Assembly: GCA_951406725.2 (NCBI GenBank)
Contig: OX597815.1
Span: 143,344,001-143,408,000 of the forward strand
Direction: 5' to 3'
Origin: Octopus vulgaris
Lineage: Eukaryota
DNA: 64,000 bases
The notes under the pieces: model-generated
The model's database searches: none
What the model saw: the letters and a program-made list of their open reading frames with translations, nothing else
Told to the model about the DNA's origin: nothing
Shown: positions 39,770 to 51,700 of the stretch, in pieces
Layout: every line of letters begins with the position of its first letter
Numbering within the stretch: position 1 is the stretch's first letter
Position numbers and translations under genes: made by a program

Positions 39770-40788
39770 GGTGTGTGTGTGTGAGTGCTTTGTGTATAGT
39801 ATAGATGCTCTGAGTACATGTGGATGTGCATATGTTGTTTGGCAGGTCTAGATAGACATAGAGAGTTCTTAGTGTACGTGCTCTGTCTATGAGTTCATTT
39901 AATTTAGTTAGTATAGACAGAAATTGAGTGTCATTAGTATAGCAAGCACATGTATTTATGTGTGTTGCTTGTGGTTAGTATAGGAACATAGACACTTGTC
40001 ACAAAATGTGGGACAAGGGGAATAACTCAAGTTGGCCAACAGCATAAATTTAGATAAATCTCGTCAGTGGTGATATAGAGAATAACATATGCAAAAATAT
40101 CCATCAAGCTGTTAATTGGCTAATGTATTAATGTGTGTGTGTGTGTATGTGTGTGATGGTTGCTTAGCATCTATCTATCTGTCTGCAAGTATGTTTGTAT
40201 GTATATACACGTGTGTTTGTGTGTGTGAGTGTGAATTTGCATAGCCGTGTGAAAACACATGTGCTAGTTTGCATGTGCATATATTTCTTGTATGAGTGTT
40301 CTAAAATGTATTGCTGGGGGTGTATCTGTAAGTATATATATACATATGTGTATGTGTCTTAATATGCACATGTATTTATGATTGTGTGTGTTTATGTGTT
40401 GGTGTACACAAACGTTTTTGTGTCTATATATGTTAGTAGGGGTATGTGCCTGTCTGCCTATACGTATCAGTGTCAACAGATGTGTGTATCACCATGCATG
40501 TGTATATATATCTATATATATGAGTATATATGTGCCTGAATGCCTGTGTATTACAGCATATAGACACAATAATGTGTGTTTGCCTGTGCATATGTGTATG
40601 TGTGTATCTATACGAGAGTATTAGCAGGTGTTCACATGTTTGTGTATATATCATTTACATGTTTGTTTACAAGTGTGTATGTGTTTATATACGTGTCTGT
40701 ATGCATGCGTATGAAAACCTCCACATGCGAAAACATGTTTCATCAATGTTTTAAATGGTTCGACTGCAATCACTAAAAGGCACTTCAG

Positions 40789-40834
40789 AAGTCATGAGGT
40801 CATGAGGTCATAAGGTCATGAGGCTATGAGGTCA
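40789..40834 (+). repeat. 8-bp tandem repeat forming six AGGTCA-like half-sites in DR2 spacing
   Basis: aagtca tg aggtca tg aggtca ta aggtca tg aggcta tg aggtca. Confidence 0.8.
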
Positions 40835-41364
40835 GACTATTCCTGCTGTTATTTTTGGCTGACCTTCATTGATTTTCTTTGCACAGATTTTTATTTTAGT
40901 TGTCTAAAGATGAATGGTTTGATTTATTTTCTTTGTTGAACCATTCCAGCATGTCTGCTGCCACATGGTCTCTTTCAAGACAGCAACAGCAGCAGACAGC
41001 AGATTCTACAATGTCTACAAACTACCATACTATTAGCACTGTACTACTGTGTTTACAATCTCTATATACTTCTATATTATTACTATACAACCATTATGTT
41101 TATAATCTCTATATACAACCTTTCTATTACAGTGTACTATTGCATCTGCAATTTCTATACTATATTTTGTACTACTGCACAGTAGTATAAAATACAGCAC
41201 AGCATATACATAGTACAGTACATACATACTACATGATACATCAAATACATAGTATAGTACTATATTACATAGTAGGCATATAGTACAATTCATACCCATA
41301 AAGTTGATAATACTCCAACAGTGTTGTAGATACATAGCAGAAGAGATACACACTACAGTTTTAT

Positions 41365-41415
<51 letters not shown>

Positions 41416-41464
41416 TCATGCTAACATGGGAGGCAGACATTGAACAATGGTGATGATGATAATA

Positions 41465-41498
<34 letters not shown>

Positions 41499-41549
41499 CA
41501 TATATATATACATATATATATAAATATATATATAGATATATACATATCG

Positions 41550-42110
41550 AGCCTTCTGGGGACTCCAGTTCAACCCCTCCACATCACACATCTTCCCTAA
41601 CTGACCCCTCTCCTCTTTCAAACGAGCCCACAACCTAGAAGTCCACTTGGACCACTGCTTCTTCCCTAATCCAACCTCCCAACTTGGCTCGTTACCTTGC
41701 TCCTGCCCATGCTGCTGCATTTGCCCTTACCTCTCCAACACCACCCTCCTCACCAGCACCCATCATTGACCCTATTACATCACCGACGTTTTCACCAGCA
41801 CTTCTACCAATGTCATCTACTGCATCTCCTGCTCGCTCTGCCCTTCTCTATACATTGGGCAAACGGAACACCACTTGGCAGACAAGTTGACAGATCATGG
41901 AACACCTCCAAGATATCCGATTCGGCAATGACACCCCGGTCTCGCACCATTTTTGTGCTACTGGTTTCTCTTTGCAACACCTGTCCGTGTTCAGATTGTC
42001 CTTGCACAGGGGCCATCCAGACTACCGTTTGCACCGGGAACAGGGATTAATCTTCTCTCTTTGCTCCTTTGTGCCACATGGACTCAACTTTCCTCCCCTC
42101 TTTATCTAAC
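41550..42110 (+). mobile_element. Penelope-like element GIY-YIG endonuclease fragment
   Basis: FTSTSTNVIYCISCSLCPSLYIGQTEHHL, frameshift, then EHLQDIRFGNDTPVSHHF...RLHREQGLIFSLCSFVPHGLN. Confidence 0.85.
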
Positions 42111-42257
42111 CTCCTCTCCTCACCTCTCCTCCTCACACTTACTTTCTCCCACCCACCTCTCCTCTCTTGCTCCAACTCCTACTTCTTTTCACTCCTACTC
42201 TCTTTCTCTCTTCTCTTCTACCCACCTTCTCCTTACCCCCTTCATCATCACCCCTCC

Positions 42258-42745
42258 CTTGTAACCTTGAAGCAGCTGTTGTTTAGAGGGCTGCAGTCCA
42301 GGGATCTATTGTTGCATTGTCTTTCAGAGGTTTTTCTGGTATGTTTATTGTGATTGAGTATTATTGACCCTATATTGGGGAGGTAACTATAGCTAACTTT
42401 AACAGTATTTCTGTTGAGGATCTTGTGGTATTTGTGTGAATGTGGAAAGTGGCCATCTATTAGTTTTAACAATTTTCTAACTATGTTAGTAGCTACATTC
42501 ATGTTATAAGCTGGGTTGAACTATAAGATTTTCCTCTGTCTGCGTCTTCTTGGTCTATTTATATTTGGTTCAATGTAGTATATGCTATTCTTGAAGTTGG
42601 ACCTTTCTAATGCTGCATTATAATATGGGGTGGCTTTTTCAAAAGTGTCTTTGTTAGCAGATAAATTGGAGATGCACCTGCTAATGTTGTTAACCATTTG
42701 TTTAATTACTGCTTGTGGGTGGTTGGAACCTATGTCTATTTGCCC
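42258..42745 (-). mobile_element. Penelope-like element (Naiad-type) RT thumb/linker fragment
   Basis: SNHPQAVIKQMVNNISRCISNLS...PYYNAALERSNF...(stop)FNPAYNMNVATNIVRKLLKLIDGHFPHSHKYHKILNRNTVKVSYS. Confidence 0.8.
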
Positions 42746-43004
42746 AAATGACAAATCCAAGGGAGACAAACATCCCAAAGTTGCCACCCAAGTGTAACAA
42801 CGTTCCTTGATCCATTGTTTTATTCACGTGAATTTATGAGAATCCTTGTGAACTAAACAAGACTGTTTTCCAAAATGGAGGTGAACACCTTTCTCCATGT
42901 GATTGACTTGAAAAATTGTTTAGGCATTGGGATATTTTCCTATTTTTCTTAACATGTAACCAATGATAGCCTTAATTTTCACACACACACACACACACAC
43001 ATAC

Positions 43005-43935
43005 ATATATGTATTTTTCACTTGTTTGTGATGTGCTGTACTTATTGTGTATGTTTTTTTTTGTGTTTTGTCCTGTACTTATCTCTTGTGTGTTTACATA
43101 TTTTTCACTCACTGGTGATGTCCTGTACACAATGTGTGTTTTTTATTATATTAATTAATAATCAAACGCCGCACAGCCTTGACCATAATAAGTTTCTACA
43201 TCTATATATAATTTCTGTGACTACACACCATTTTGTTTCTTTCTCTCTATCCCACTATAACCGGCTTTGCTTCCCCTATCTGTCTTTTTTCCATTCCCTA
43301 CTATTTGTTCTTCCTTCTCCCTTCTCCTGACTCTTTTTGTTTCTTTCCCTCATCCTCTCTCTTGCCCCCCCCCCCGGCCTCACACGTGGCTACAGGCCAT
43401 TTCTCTTGCCCCTGTCTTTTCTGGACTAGCAGCTCACCAAGTTGGATGTCATTTTCCTAGGCTCCCAACTATTTTCTTCTACTATTTTCTTCTTTTCTAA
43501 TTATTCTTTTTCTTCTCCTCTAATTATTCTATTTCCTTGAAAAGATTTCTCCCACGTATTACCCATTACAATTCATCATGGCCTAACAGCCCTTAATATT
43601 TATCTTCCTTGATTGTTTACTCTGTACATTCACTCTGTCATTGTTTGTTCATTCAAAGATCTAACTCTCCATGAATTTTATATTTTAAAAATTTCTGGAT
43701 GCTGCTGTCTTATGAAGTTTCTCTATATTGTCATTAAAAGCACGAAATAGGAGTAATAAACAGTCTGACAACTGATGAGGAGTTATCTTCTTTTGGTATT
43801 TTGTCTCCAACTTTGCTCTCATGTGTTTACATATTTTTCACTCATTGGTTATGTCCTGTACACAATGTGTATTTTTTATTTTATTTATTTACAATCAAAC
43901 ACCATGCAGCCTTGACCACAGTAGGTTCTTATATA
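43005..43935 (+). mobile_element. Penelope pLTR-like non-coding element with ~110-bp direct repeats
   Basis: tgtgtttacatatttttcactca...gcagccttgacca at 43089-43198 and 43822-43931. Degenerate hammerhead-like cttatgaag...cacgaaa and ctgatgag motifs at 43705-43780. Microsatellite flanks. Confidence 0.55.
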
Positions 43936-44090
43936 TATATGTATATAACAAAGTGAATATATATATATATATATATACACATACACACACACACACACAC
44001 ATAGATCAACAGCGAGAAAGAGATATACATATATGTAAATATATATGTATTTACACATATCTGGATGCAGGCATATATAAATATATAGAT

Positions 44091-44127
<37 letters not shown>

Positions 44128-44130
44128 CGC

Positions 44131-44167
<37 letters not shown>

Positions 44168-44840
44168 CATATATACCCACACTCACACACAAACACACAC
44201 ATGTATATAATTATACAAATATATAATGTACTGAAACACACACATTTGAGTATGTGTGTGCGTGTTTCTTTGTAAAATATAAATGTATGTAAAATTAGTA
44301 TGCATATGCTATAAATAGATAGATAGATAGATAGATAGATAGAAAGATAGATAGATAGATAGATAATTATATATAATTAATAGAATGAATAAAATCACTG
44401 CTAGAAGAATTACTCTCAAATCAATTAGATCTTACTTCAATATCGTAACTGTAATATAAGCTCAAATCATACAAGTGTCGGTACATCAAAAGAAAAAAGA
44501 GTAAAAAAGCATATTAAACATCTATGACTGGTTCATCAGCTTTCTGTTCCTTTTTGCTGCAACAATTCTACAGCAATGTTCTAAACTTTTTTTGTGGAGT
44601 TTTTTTGCTAAGTTTTTTTTTTTTTTCTCTCTCCCTATAGTTGTTATTTTTCTGCCTCCTACTCTTGCCTATTGGTTTGTGCTGTTCCTTAAACCACACC
44701 CATTTATATCCCAATTTTTTTTCCTCAAACAAACCAGCAAAACAAAAAGGAAAAGAAAAACGAACTAAATATGGTAAATTGCAGGTGAGATAGATGTAAA
44801 GAAATGATGAAAATAGAGAGAGAAACAGCAGTGTACTTAC

Positions 44841-44944
44841 CACTTCTAGAGCATGTTCTGTGGTTATTTTGCCTTCTTTCACCATTACCATTAACGCTAT
44901 TCGGTCATCATCATTCATTGTGATTTCATAGGCATTCGGGTCAC
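44841..44944 (-). CDS. SASH1: SASH1-like gene, exon B (GDPNAYEITMNDDDRIALMVMVKEGKITTEHALEV)
   Basis: Acceptor ttgcag|, donor gtg|gtaagt, 104 nt, phase 1 to 0. The peptide closely matches the human SASH1 motif [27 protein letters not shown] as recalled. Confidence 0.9.
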
Positions 44945-45190
44945 CTGCAACATGTGGAAATTAAAATTCAATTAAAGAATACAGACACAGGTATGGCCGT
45001 GTTGTTAAGAAGCTTGCTTTGTAATCATAAGATTTTGGGGTTCGGTTCCACAGCACAGCACCTTCGGCAAGTGTCTTCTACAATAACCCCAGGGCAACAA
45101 ATGCTTTGCAAGTGAATTTCGTACTTGGAAACTGCAGGGGCCCACCATATATATACATACATACATATATATATACATACATATACATAC

Positions 45191-45225
<35 letters not shown>

Positions 45226-45240
45226 CATACATACATATAC

Positions 45241-45274
<34 letters not shown>

Positions 45275-45329
45275 ATACATAAATATACATATATACATAC
45301 ATACATACATATATACATACATACATACA

Positions 45330-45395
<66 letters not shown>

Positions 45396-45399
45396 TACT

Positions 45400-45722
45400 C
45401 TCTTTTTTACTCTTTTACCGGTCTCTTTTACCGAACCGCTAAGTGACGGGGACGTAAACACACCAGCATCGGTTGTCAAGCAATGCTAGAGGGACAAACA
45501 CAGACACACAAACATATATACACACACACACATATTTATATATATATATACATATATACGACAGGCTTCTTTCAGTTTCCGTCTACCAAATCCACTCACA
45601 GGGCATTGGTCGGCCCGAGGCTATAGCAGAAGACACTTGCCCAAGATGCCATGCAGTGGGACTGAACCCGGAACCATGTGGTTGGTAAGCAAGCTACTTA
45701 CCACACAGCCACTCCTGCACCT
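45400..45722 (-). mobile_element. tRNA-derived SINE family K (young copy)
   Basis: Reverse of gtgcaggagtggctgtgtggtaagtagcttgcttaccaaccacatggttccgggttcagtccc, with internal (TA/TG)n and second half. Partial opposite-strand pieces at 44985-45135 and 45840-46040. Confidence 0.8.
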
Positions 45723-45734
45723 ATTTACATATAT

Positions 45735-45783
<49 letters not shown>

Positions 45784-46297
45784 TATACATACATGCATAC
45801 ATATATATATGTATATATACACACCCACGTACATGTGTGTGTGTCTGTGATTGTTCCCCACTACCATTTGACAACTGGAGTTAGTTGGTTTATATTCCTA
45901 TAACCTAGGAGGTTGGCCAGCGAGACCAATAGAATATGTACTAGACTTAAGAAACTAGGTAGTGGAGTTGATTTGTTTGACTAAACCTATTGAGGCTCCA
46001 TCTTGGCCACAGTCCAGTGACTAAAACAAGTAAAAGATGCCAAAAAATAAACAGTAAAGTGATGGTGGTGGTAAGGGAGGGATCAAACTTCTGATCAAAC
46101 CAAGGAAGCTATATTTCCATTGGTTGTTTTCCAATTCCAAATAACTGATACTATTTGTTAGTCACAACTCCTAGCAGAAGTATCACTGTTTTTTTGTGAG
46201 GTTTTTTTTTTTTTTTTTCCTTGTGACAGGGCAGAATTTGCACTGAGAAATACAGAGCCTCAGGGGATGCTACAAGATATTGTGTTCAACACTGTAA

Positions 46298-46331
<34 letters not shown>

Positions 46332-46652
46332 GTTCAGTGTCCGCTTTCCATGCTAGCATGGGTTGGACGGTTCAACTGGGGTCTGTGAAGCCAGAAGGCT
46401 GCATCAGGCCCAGTCTGATCTGGCAGTGTTTCTATGGCTGGATGCCCTTCCTAATGCCAACCACTCTGTGAGTGTAGTGGGTGCTTTTTACGTGCCACCC
46501 GCACAGGAGCCAGACGGAGCTGGCAAATGGCCACGGATGGATGGTGCTTTTTACGTGCCACCGGCACGGGGGCCAGGTGAGGCTGGCAACGGCCACGAAC
46601 GGATGGTGCTTTTTACGTGCCACCGGCACGGGCGCCAGGCGAGGCTGGTAAC
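46298..46652 (-). mobile_element. RTE-tail element with three ~60-bp tandem units
   Basis: (CAT)n, conserved block, ggtgctttttacgtgccacc three times. Confidence 0.85.
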
Positions 46653-46929
46653 AATTATACAAATTCACCACTCTGGACTGATAGTGTTTTTATCGGTTCG
46701 TCCACTCACCCACCTGAAAGAAGAATGAAAGGTAATATTGACCTTAGTGGATTTTGAACTCAGAGCACAGAAACACACAAAAAATACAAGATATTCTGTC
46801 CTACATTCTAACGACTCTGGCAACTTACTGTCCAGAAGAGTCCTAGGAAACTAAAAGTAGTTTGCTTGGTGAAAAATATTTCATGAAATTGTAATGCAAG
46901 ATGAAATTTGAAATTTTAAGTTTGATTTA

Positions 46930-47332
46930 TCACTGGAGCACCACCTTGAAGGGTCTCAATGAAACAATTTGACCCCAAGACTTTTTTTTAAAAAAAGCCT
47001 TGAACTTATTCTATCAGTCTCTTTTGCCAAACCACTAAGTTATGGGGACAAGAACAAACCAACACCAGTTGTCAAGTGGTGGTCACACACAAACACACAC
47101 ACATATATATGACAGGCATTAATGATTATAGTAGTGGAGGTGGGCAGGGTAGAAATAAGTATATATATATATATATATATATTATAAAATGAGATAGGGG
47201 TTGAAAATTCAACCCACCATGGGATAATATGTATCCAATATACTGCTAGATATGTAATGGTGTATTAAAGTATTGATTGGGTATCATCTGATAGTTGATG
47301 TTTTATTGATTTAAGTATGTTTCTCCATTCTC

Positions 47333-47390
<58 letters not shown>

Positions 47391-48936
47391 CACACATATA
47401 TATGATGTGCTTCTTTTCAGTTTCCATCTACCAAATCCACTCACATGGTTTTGGTTGGCTTGAGGCTATATAGAAGACACTTGCCCAAGGTGCCATTCAG
47501 TGGGACTGAACCCAGAACATTGTGGTTGGGAAGCAAGCTTCCTTATTTCACTCGATTTGCCAGCTTTGGAACATGCCGGCAGTGTATTAACCGCCAGCAC
47601 TGTCCTGTTTTACTTCTTTTTTCTCCCCTTTGCTTCAGGAGAGTGTGGTTCCTCCGCTTTAACTGGAGGATCTTCCCGCCCTCCCGCAGCCTTGGGGTCC
47701 TTTGGTAGGCAACCATTGTTGCCTACCTTCTTCCTTTTTTTCTTTTTTTTTGTGGGGGGGGGGGTCTTCACTGCCTCTATCTCTCCCTCCGAAGGAAGAG
47801 GTGGGGGTTCTTCCATCACTAACCGTTCCAGGACCTTACCTTGGTCCTAGGAACAGTTTTTTTTTAATGTGACCTGGCTCCAGGTACAGGTGACACTTGG
47901 TGTGTGTGTGTGGGGGGGCGTCCCTCAAGAATCACCGGATACCTAGAACCAGCCATTTTCAAAAAATCTGGAAAAACCAGGTTCTTGGCTGATTGGGTTC
48001 AGAGGGTCAAAACTGCTTTTGACCCCACCCAAAATTTTGACATTGAGGAGTGTGGTTCTGCTGCCACTCAGACCCCAGTGGATAGTGTCTTCTATCCACT
48101 CAGGTTCTATCCCAAACCCTTGTCAACTTCTTCCCACAATATGTGGGAAGAAACAATATTTCTTTGCCCTCTAAGGGCTGACTTGCAAAATTGCAAGCCT
48201 CTTCAGGGGTGTCAAATAACAACCACACTATCGCAGATTTGACACCCCTGGAAATAAATTTTATAGTTGGCATGTATTCCGCCAACTCTTTCCAATACTC
48301 TTTCTCAATATCAATCTTTTTCAAGAGGGTGATGATGTCGAGTGACTTAGAGTACGTTCGCAGCACCACCATCCTCTCCTCAAGACTTTTTAACCACTGT
48401 TTGGGTGGGGCAATTTTCCGCTCCAACACAGTGTCTTGTTTCTTCGCCATGTTCTTGGAAGAAAAAGTACAAAGAAAGTTACAAAAACGAAGGAAGAAGG
48501 AAAGAAAACTGTTCAAAGAAAAACAGTTCAAGAACACAGCAGACACAAATTTTACGGCCACTAGGTACTCCAGGCCAGCTGGTACTCCCAATAGCAACAG
48601 GAATACAGCAACCAGAACACAGCTTCCACAAATTTCACCAAAAATTGGTGAAAAAGATTCCACTATTTTTGGAGGCAAGACATGCCCCCAAAACAACAAT
48701 TCTCACAATTAAGTGAGACAGTGCAACTACAGGCAGACAAATGCCTCGGAACTCAGTAGGAACAAACGCCCACTGAATCCCCCCAAAACAAATGTCTTAC
48801 CTTATAGTTGCGCCTTCAATGTTCTTCACTTCAAGACCACTGTGGAAGCACGTCTTGACAGCATTCAGTGCAAAAACAACACCAACTCACGCATGCACAG
48901 TAAGCGAGCTACTTACCACACAGCCACACCTGCACC
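46930..48936 (-). mobile_element. SINE family K copy split by nested insertions
   Basis: Head at 48901-48936, body resumes at 47403-47545, 3' half at 46930-47100. Confidence 0.7.
47546..48899 (-). mobile_element. Tx1/L1-clade LINE 5'UTR plus degenerate ORF1 (gag-like)
   Basis: MAKKQDTVLERKIAPPKQWLKSLEERMVVLRTYS..., later VILEGRPP and a decayed zinc knuckle KCHLYLEPGHIKK(fs)NC at ~47853-47930, then a Pro/Lys-rich tail. No ORF2. Confidence 0.7.
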
Positions 48937-49865
48937 CATGTATGTATATAAAATCGTATATGTATGTGTAGTATACACACATATACCACAAAGCCATAAC
49001 CATTGAAATATTTAATTTATATTTTATTATTTCATTTCCTCTTTCATTTATTTTGGGTGGGAGGGGTGCCCTTCTTTCTGTCTGCAATGGAAGGAGAGAG
49101 AGAGGAGGGAGGGAGAGCAACAACAGCAACTACAACAATAAATAAGCATGTGAAACAAATAAGAACAAAATTGAAATATTCACAACATTCCTTGGATTGA
49201 AATATTATGAAAAGAGATTATGATGAAAGAGAGAGGGAAAGGGAGGGATGGGGAAGGAGAGAGGAGGAGGAGAAAGAGAGAAAAGTATAACAGAAGGTAG
49301 AGAGAAATAGAGGAGGAGAGAGAGGAATTAGAGAGAGATGAGGAGAAATATAGAGAATAAGACAAAAGACAGATTTAGAAGCTGATTCAGCTGTGAATGT
49401 GGTGAGCTGACTAGCTGTGGTGGTGACGATGATGATGTTGGTGGTGATGGTGGTGGTGGTAGTAATGATGGCAGTGGTGGTGCTAGTGCTATAGTATGGT
49501 AGTGGTAAACGTGTTGGTGCTAGCATAGTATGACAGTGTAGGTAATATAGTGCTGGCAGAAGTATGGTAGTGGTGGTTGTAATAGTATGGGTGCTAATAT
49601 TACAATGGAGGGGGTAATATTATTGCGATGAAGGCAGTATGGCAGTGGTATTTGTAGTTGTGGTGGTGGTGGAGCATTAATGATTATAGTGATGGAGGCC
49701 CATGGGGTGGGGAGAAATAAATTATGTAATGAGAAGTAAGCAGTAATGAAAGGAAGGTGGAGAGCAAGTGTAACAATCTCTCTCTCACACACATCACTCT
49801 ACTGTAAAATACAGCTTCTAACATTGATAGAACAGGCAGTATTGTAATCTTTTAAAAAAACTTTT

Positions 49866-51700
49866 GTATCCGATATGGATTTTATGGAAGAGAAAGTAAA
49901 GAATATTGTAGAATCATCACTGGAATCTGATGTGGCTTTTGAAATCTGGCATCTTTATTTTTTTTTTTTTTTTTTTTCATCCGATGTGGATTTTATTAAA
50001 GAGAAAGTAAGGAGAAACTGTAGAAAAGTCAGTGGATTCTGACTTTGTGCTTTTGAAATCAAAACTTTTTTTTAGGATCCAATGTGAATGACATTGGAGA
50101 GAAAGTAAGGAATAACTGTAGAAAGAATACTGGAATTTAATGTGGTGGATGTGCTTTTGAAATCTCTCTTCTTTTTTTTTTGGATCCAGTGTAGATTTTA
50201 TTGAAAAGAAAGGAATTGGAGAGAGAGAGAGAGTGAAGTGGAATCTGACACCATGGGTGTACTTTAGAAATCCATTTTTTTTTTATTCAATGTGATTGAA
50301 GAGAGAGACAGAGAGAAAGAGAGAGAGAGAGCAATAGAGACTGACATGTTGGTATGCTTTTGAAATCTAGCTTATTTGGATCCAATATGAATTTTATTAA
50401 AGAAAATGCAAGAAATACTAAGGAGAGAAAGAGAGAGAGACAGAGACAGACAGACACAGAGAGAGCACTGGAATCTGATTTGGTAGATGTACTTTTGAAA
50501 TCTAGGTTAGGTTTTTTTTTCTTTCTTTTGATCCAATGTGAATCTTATTGATGGGAAAGTAAGAGACATGTTAGTTAGTCTTTTGATATCTAACAGGTAT
50601 TACTAGAGAAAAACAACTGATAACTGAAGATATCAAAGTAGAATCTGGTAAAGTAAAGTATACTTTTGAAAATCAGTTGTTTTCATTTAAGTGGTGGTGA
50701 TGGGGGGCAGAATTAAAGAAACAATAGGGAGTGCAGTAGCTTGAGAGACAGGAGAGAGAGAGAGAGAGAGAGAGAGAGTGCTGGAATCCAACATATAAGT
50801 GTGCTTTGGAAATCTAGCTTTTCTGGATCCAATATGGTCTTTATTGAAGAGATGTAAGGAATACTCTAGAGAGAGTACTAGGATCTAACATGCTAGTTAT
50901 TCTTTTGAAATCTGATGGATTTTATTGGAGAAAAAGTGCAGAATATTGTAGATATCTAAGTGGAATCTGATATGGTAACTGAGCTTTCTAAAACAGGTTT
51001 TGTTTTTGTTTTTGTGTGTGTTTGATTTTTTTTCTTGGTGGTGGAAAATATCTAATGTAGATTTTATTGAAGAGACATTTAGGAATATTATCAAGGGAAC
51101 ACAAGAATATGACATGTAGGTATGCTTTTGAAATCTAGCTTTTTGGGATCCAATATGGATTTTATTGAAGGGAAATTAAGGCATACTTGAGTGAAAGCAT
51201 TGGGATCAGACATCGTAATTATTCTTTTGAAATCTAATGAATTTTAATGAAGAAAATGTGCAGAACATTGAAGATATCTAAGTGGAATCTGATATGGTAA
51301 CCATGCTTTAAAATCAGTTGTTTTTTTTCCTTTTTTTTTTTTGTATTTTTGTTGGAGGGGGTGGAGCATCCAATGTAGATTTTATTGAAGAGACAGCAGA
51401 AATAACACTGGAATCTGACATAGTAGCTATTATTATGAAATTTAACTTTATTTTATTTTATTTTTGTATCCAATGTGGATTTTGCTGAAGAAGAGGTATG
51501 GAATTCTATAGATATCTAATTGGCTAACTGGGATTTGATATGGTAACTGTGCTTTTGAAAATCAGTTTTTTTATTTTTTGTTTTTTGTTTTTTAAGGGAA
51601 GAGTAGGGAAGAGATCCAATGTGTATTCTATTGAAGAGAAAGTAAAGAATACTGTAGAAAGATCACTGGAATTTGATATGGTAACTGTATTTTTCAAATT
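49866..51700. repeat. Degenerate tandem array of ~17 units (~85-bp core plus variable T-rich or GA-rich spacers) with a 322-bp higher-order period
   Basis: Core ggatccaatRtggattttattgaagagaaagtaaggaata...ctggaatctga...gcttttgaaatc recurs about every 80-150 bp. Confidence 0.9.

Noticed and set aside
48191-48712. 173-aa plus-strand ORF as a host gene
   Set aside because: It is antisense to the LINE ORF1 remnant and has no recognisable domain.
49866-51700. Repeat-spacer layout as a CRISPR array
   Set aside because: Repeats are long and heavily diverged, spacers are low-complexity and vary in length, there are no cas genes, and the context is a eukaryotic intron.
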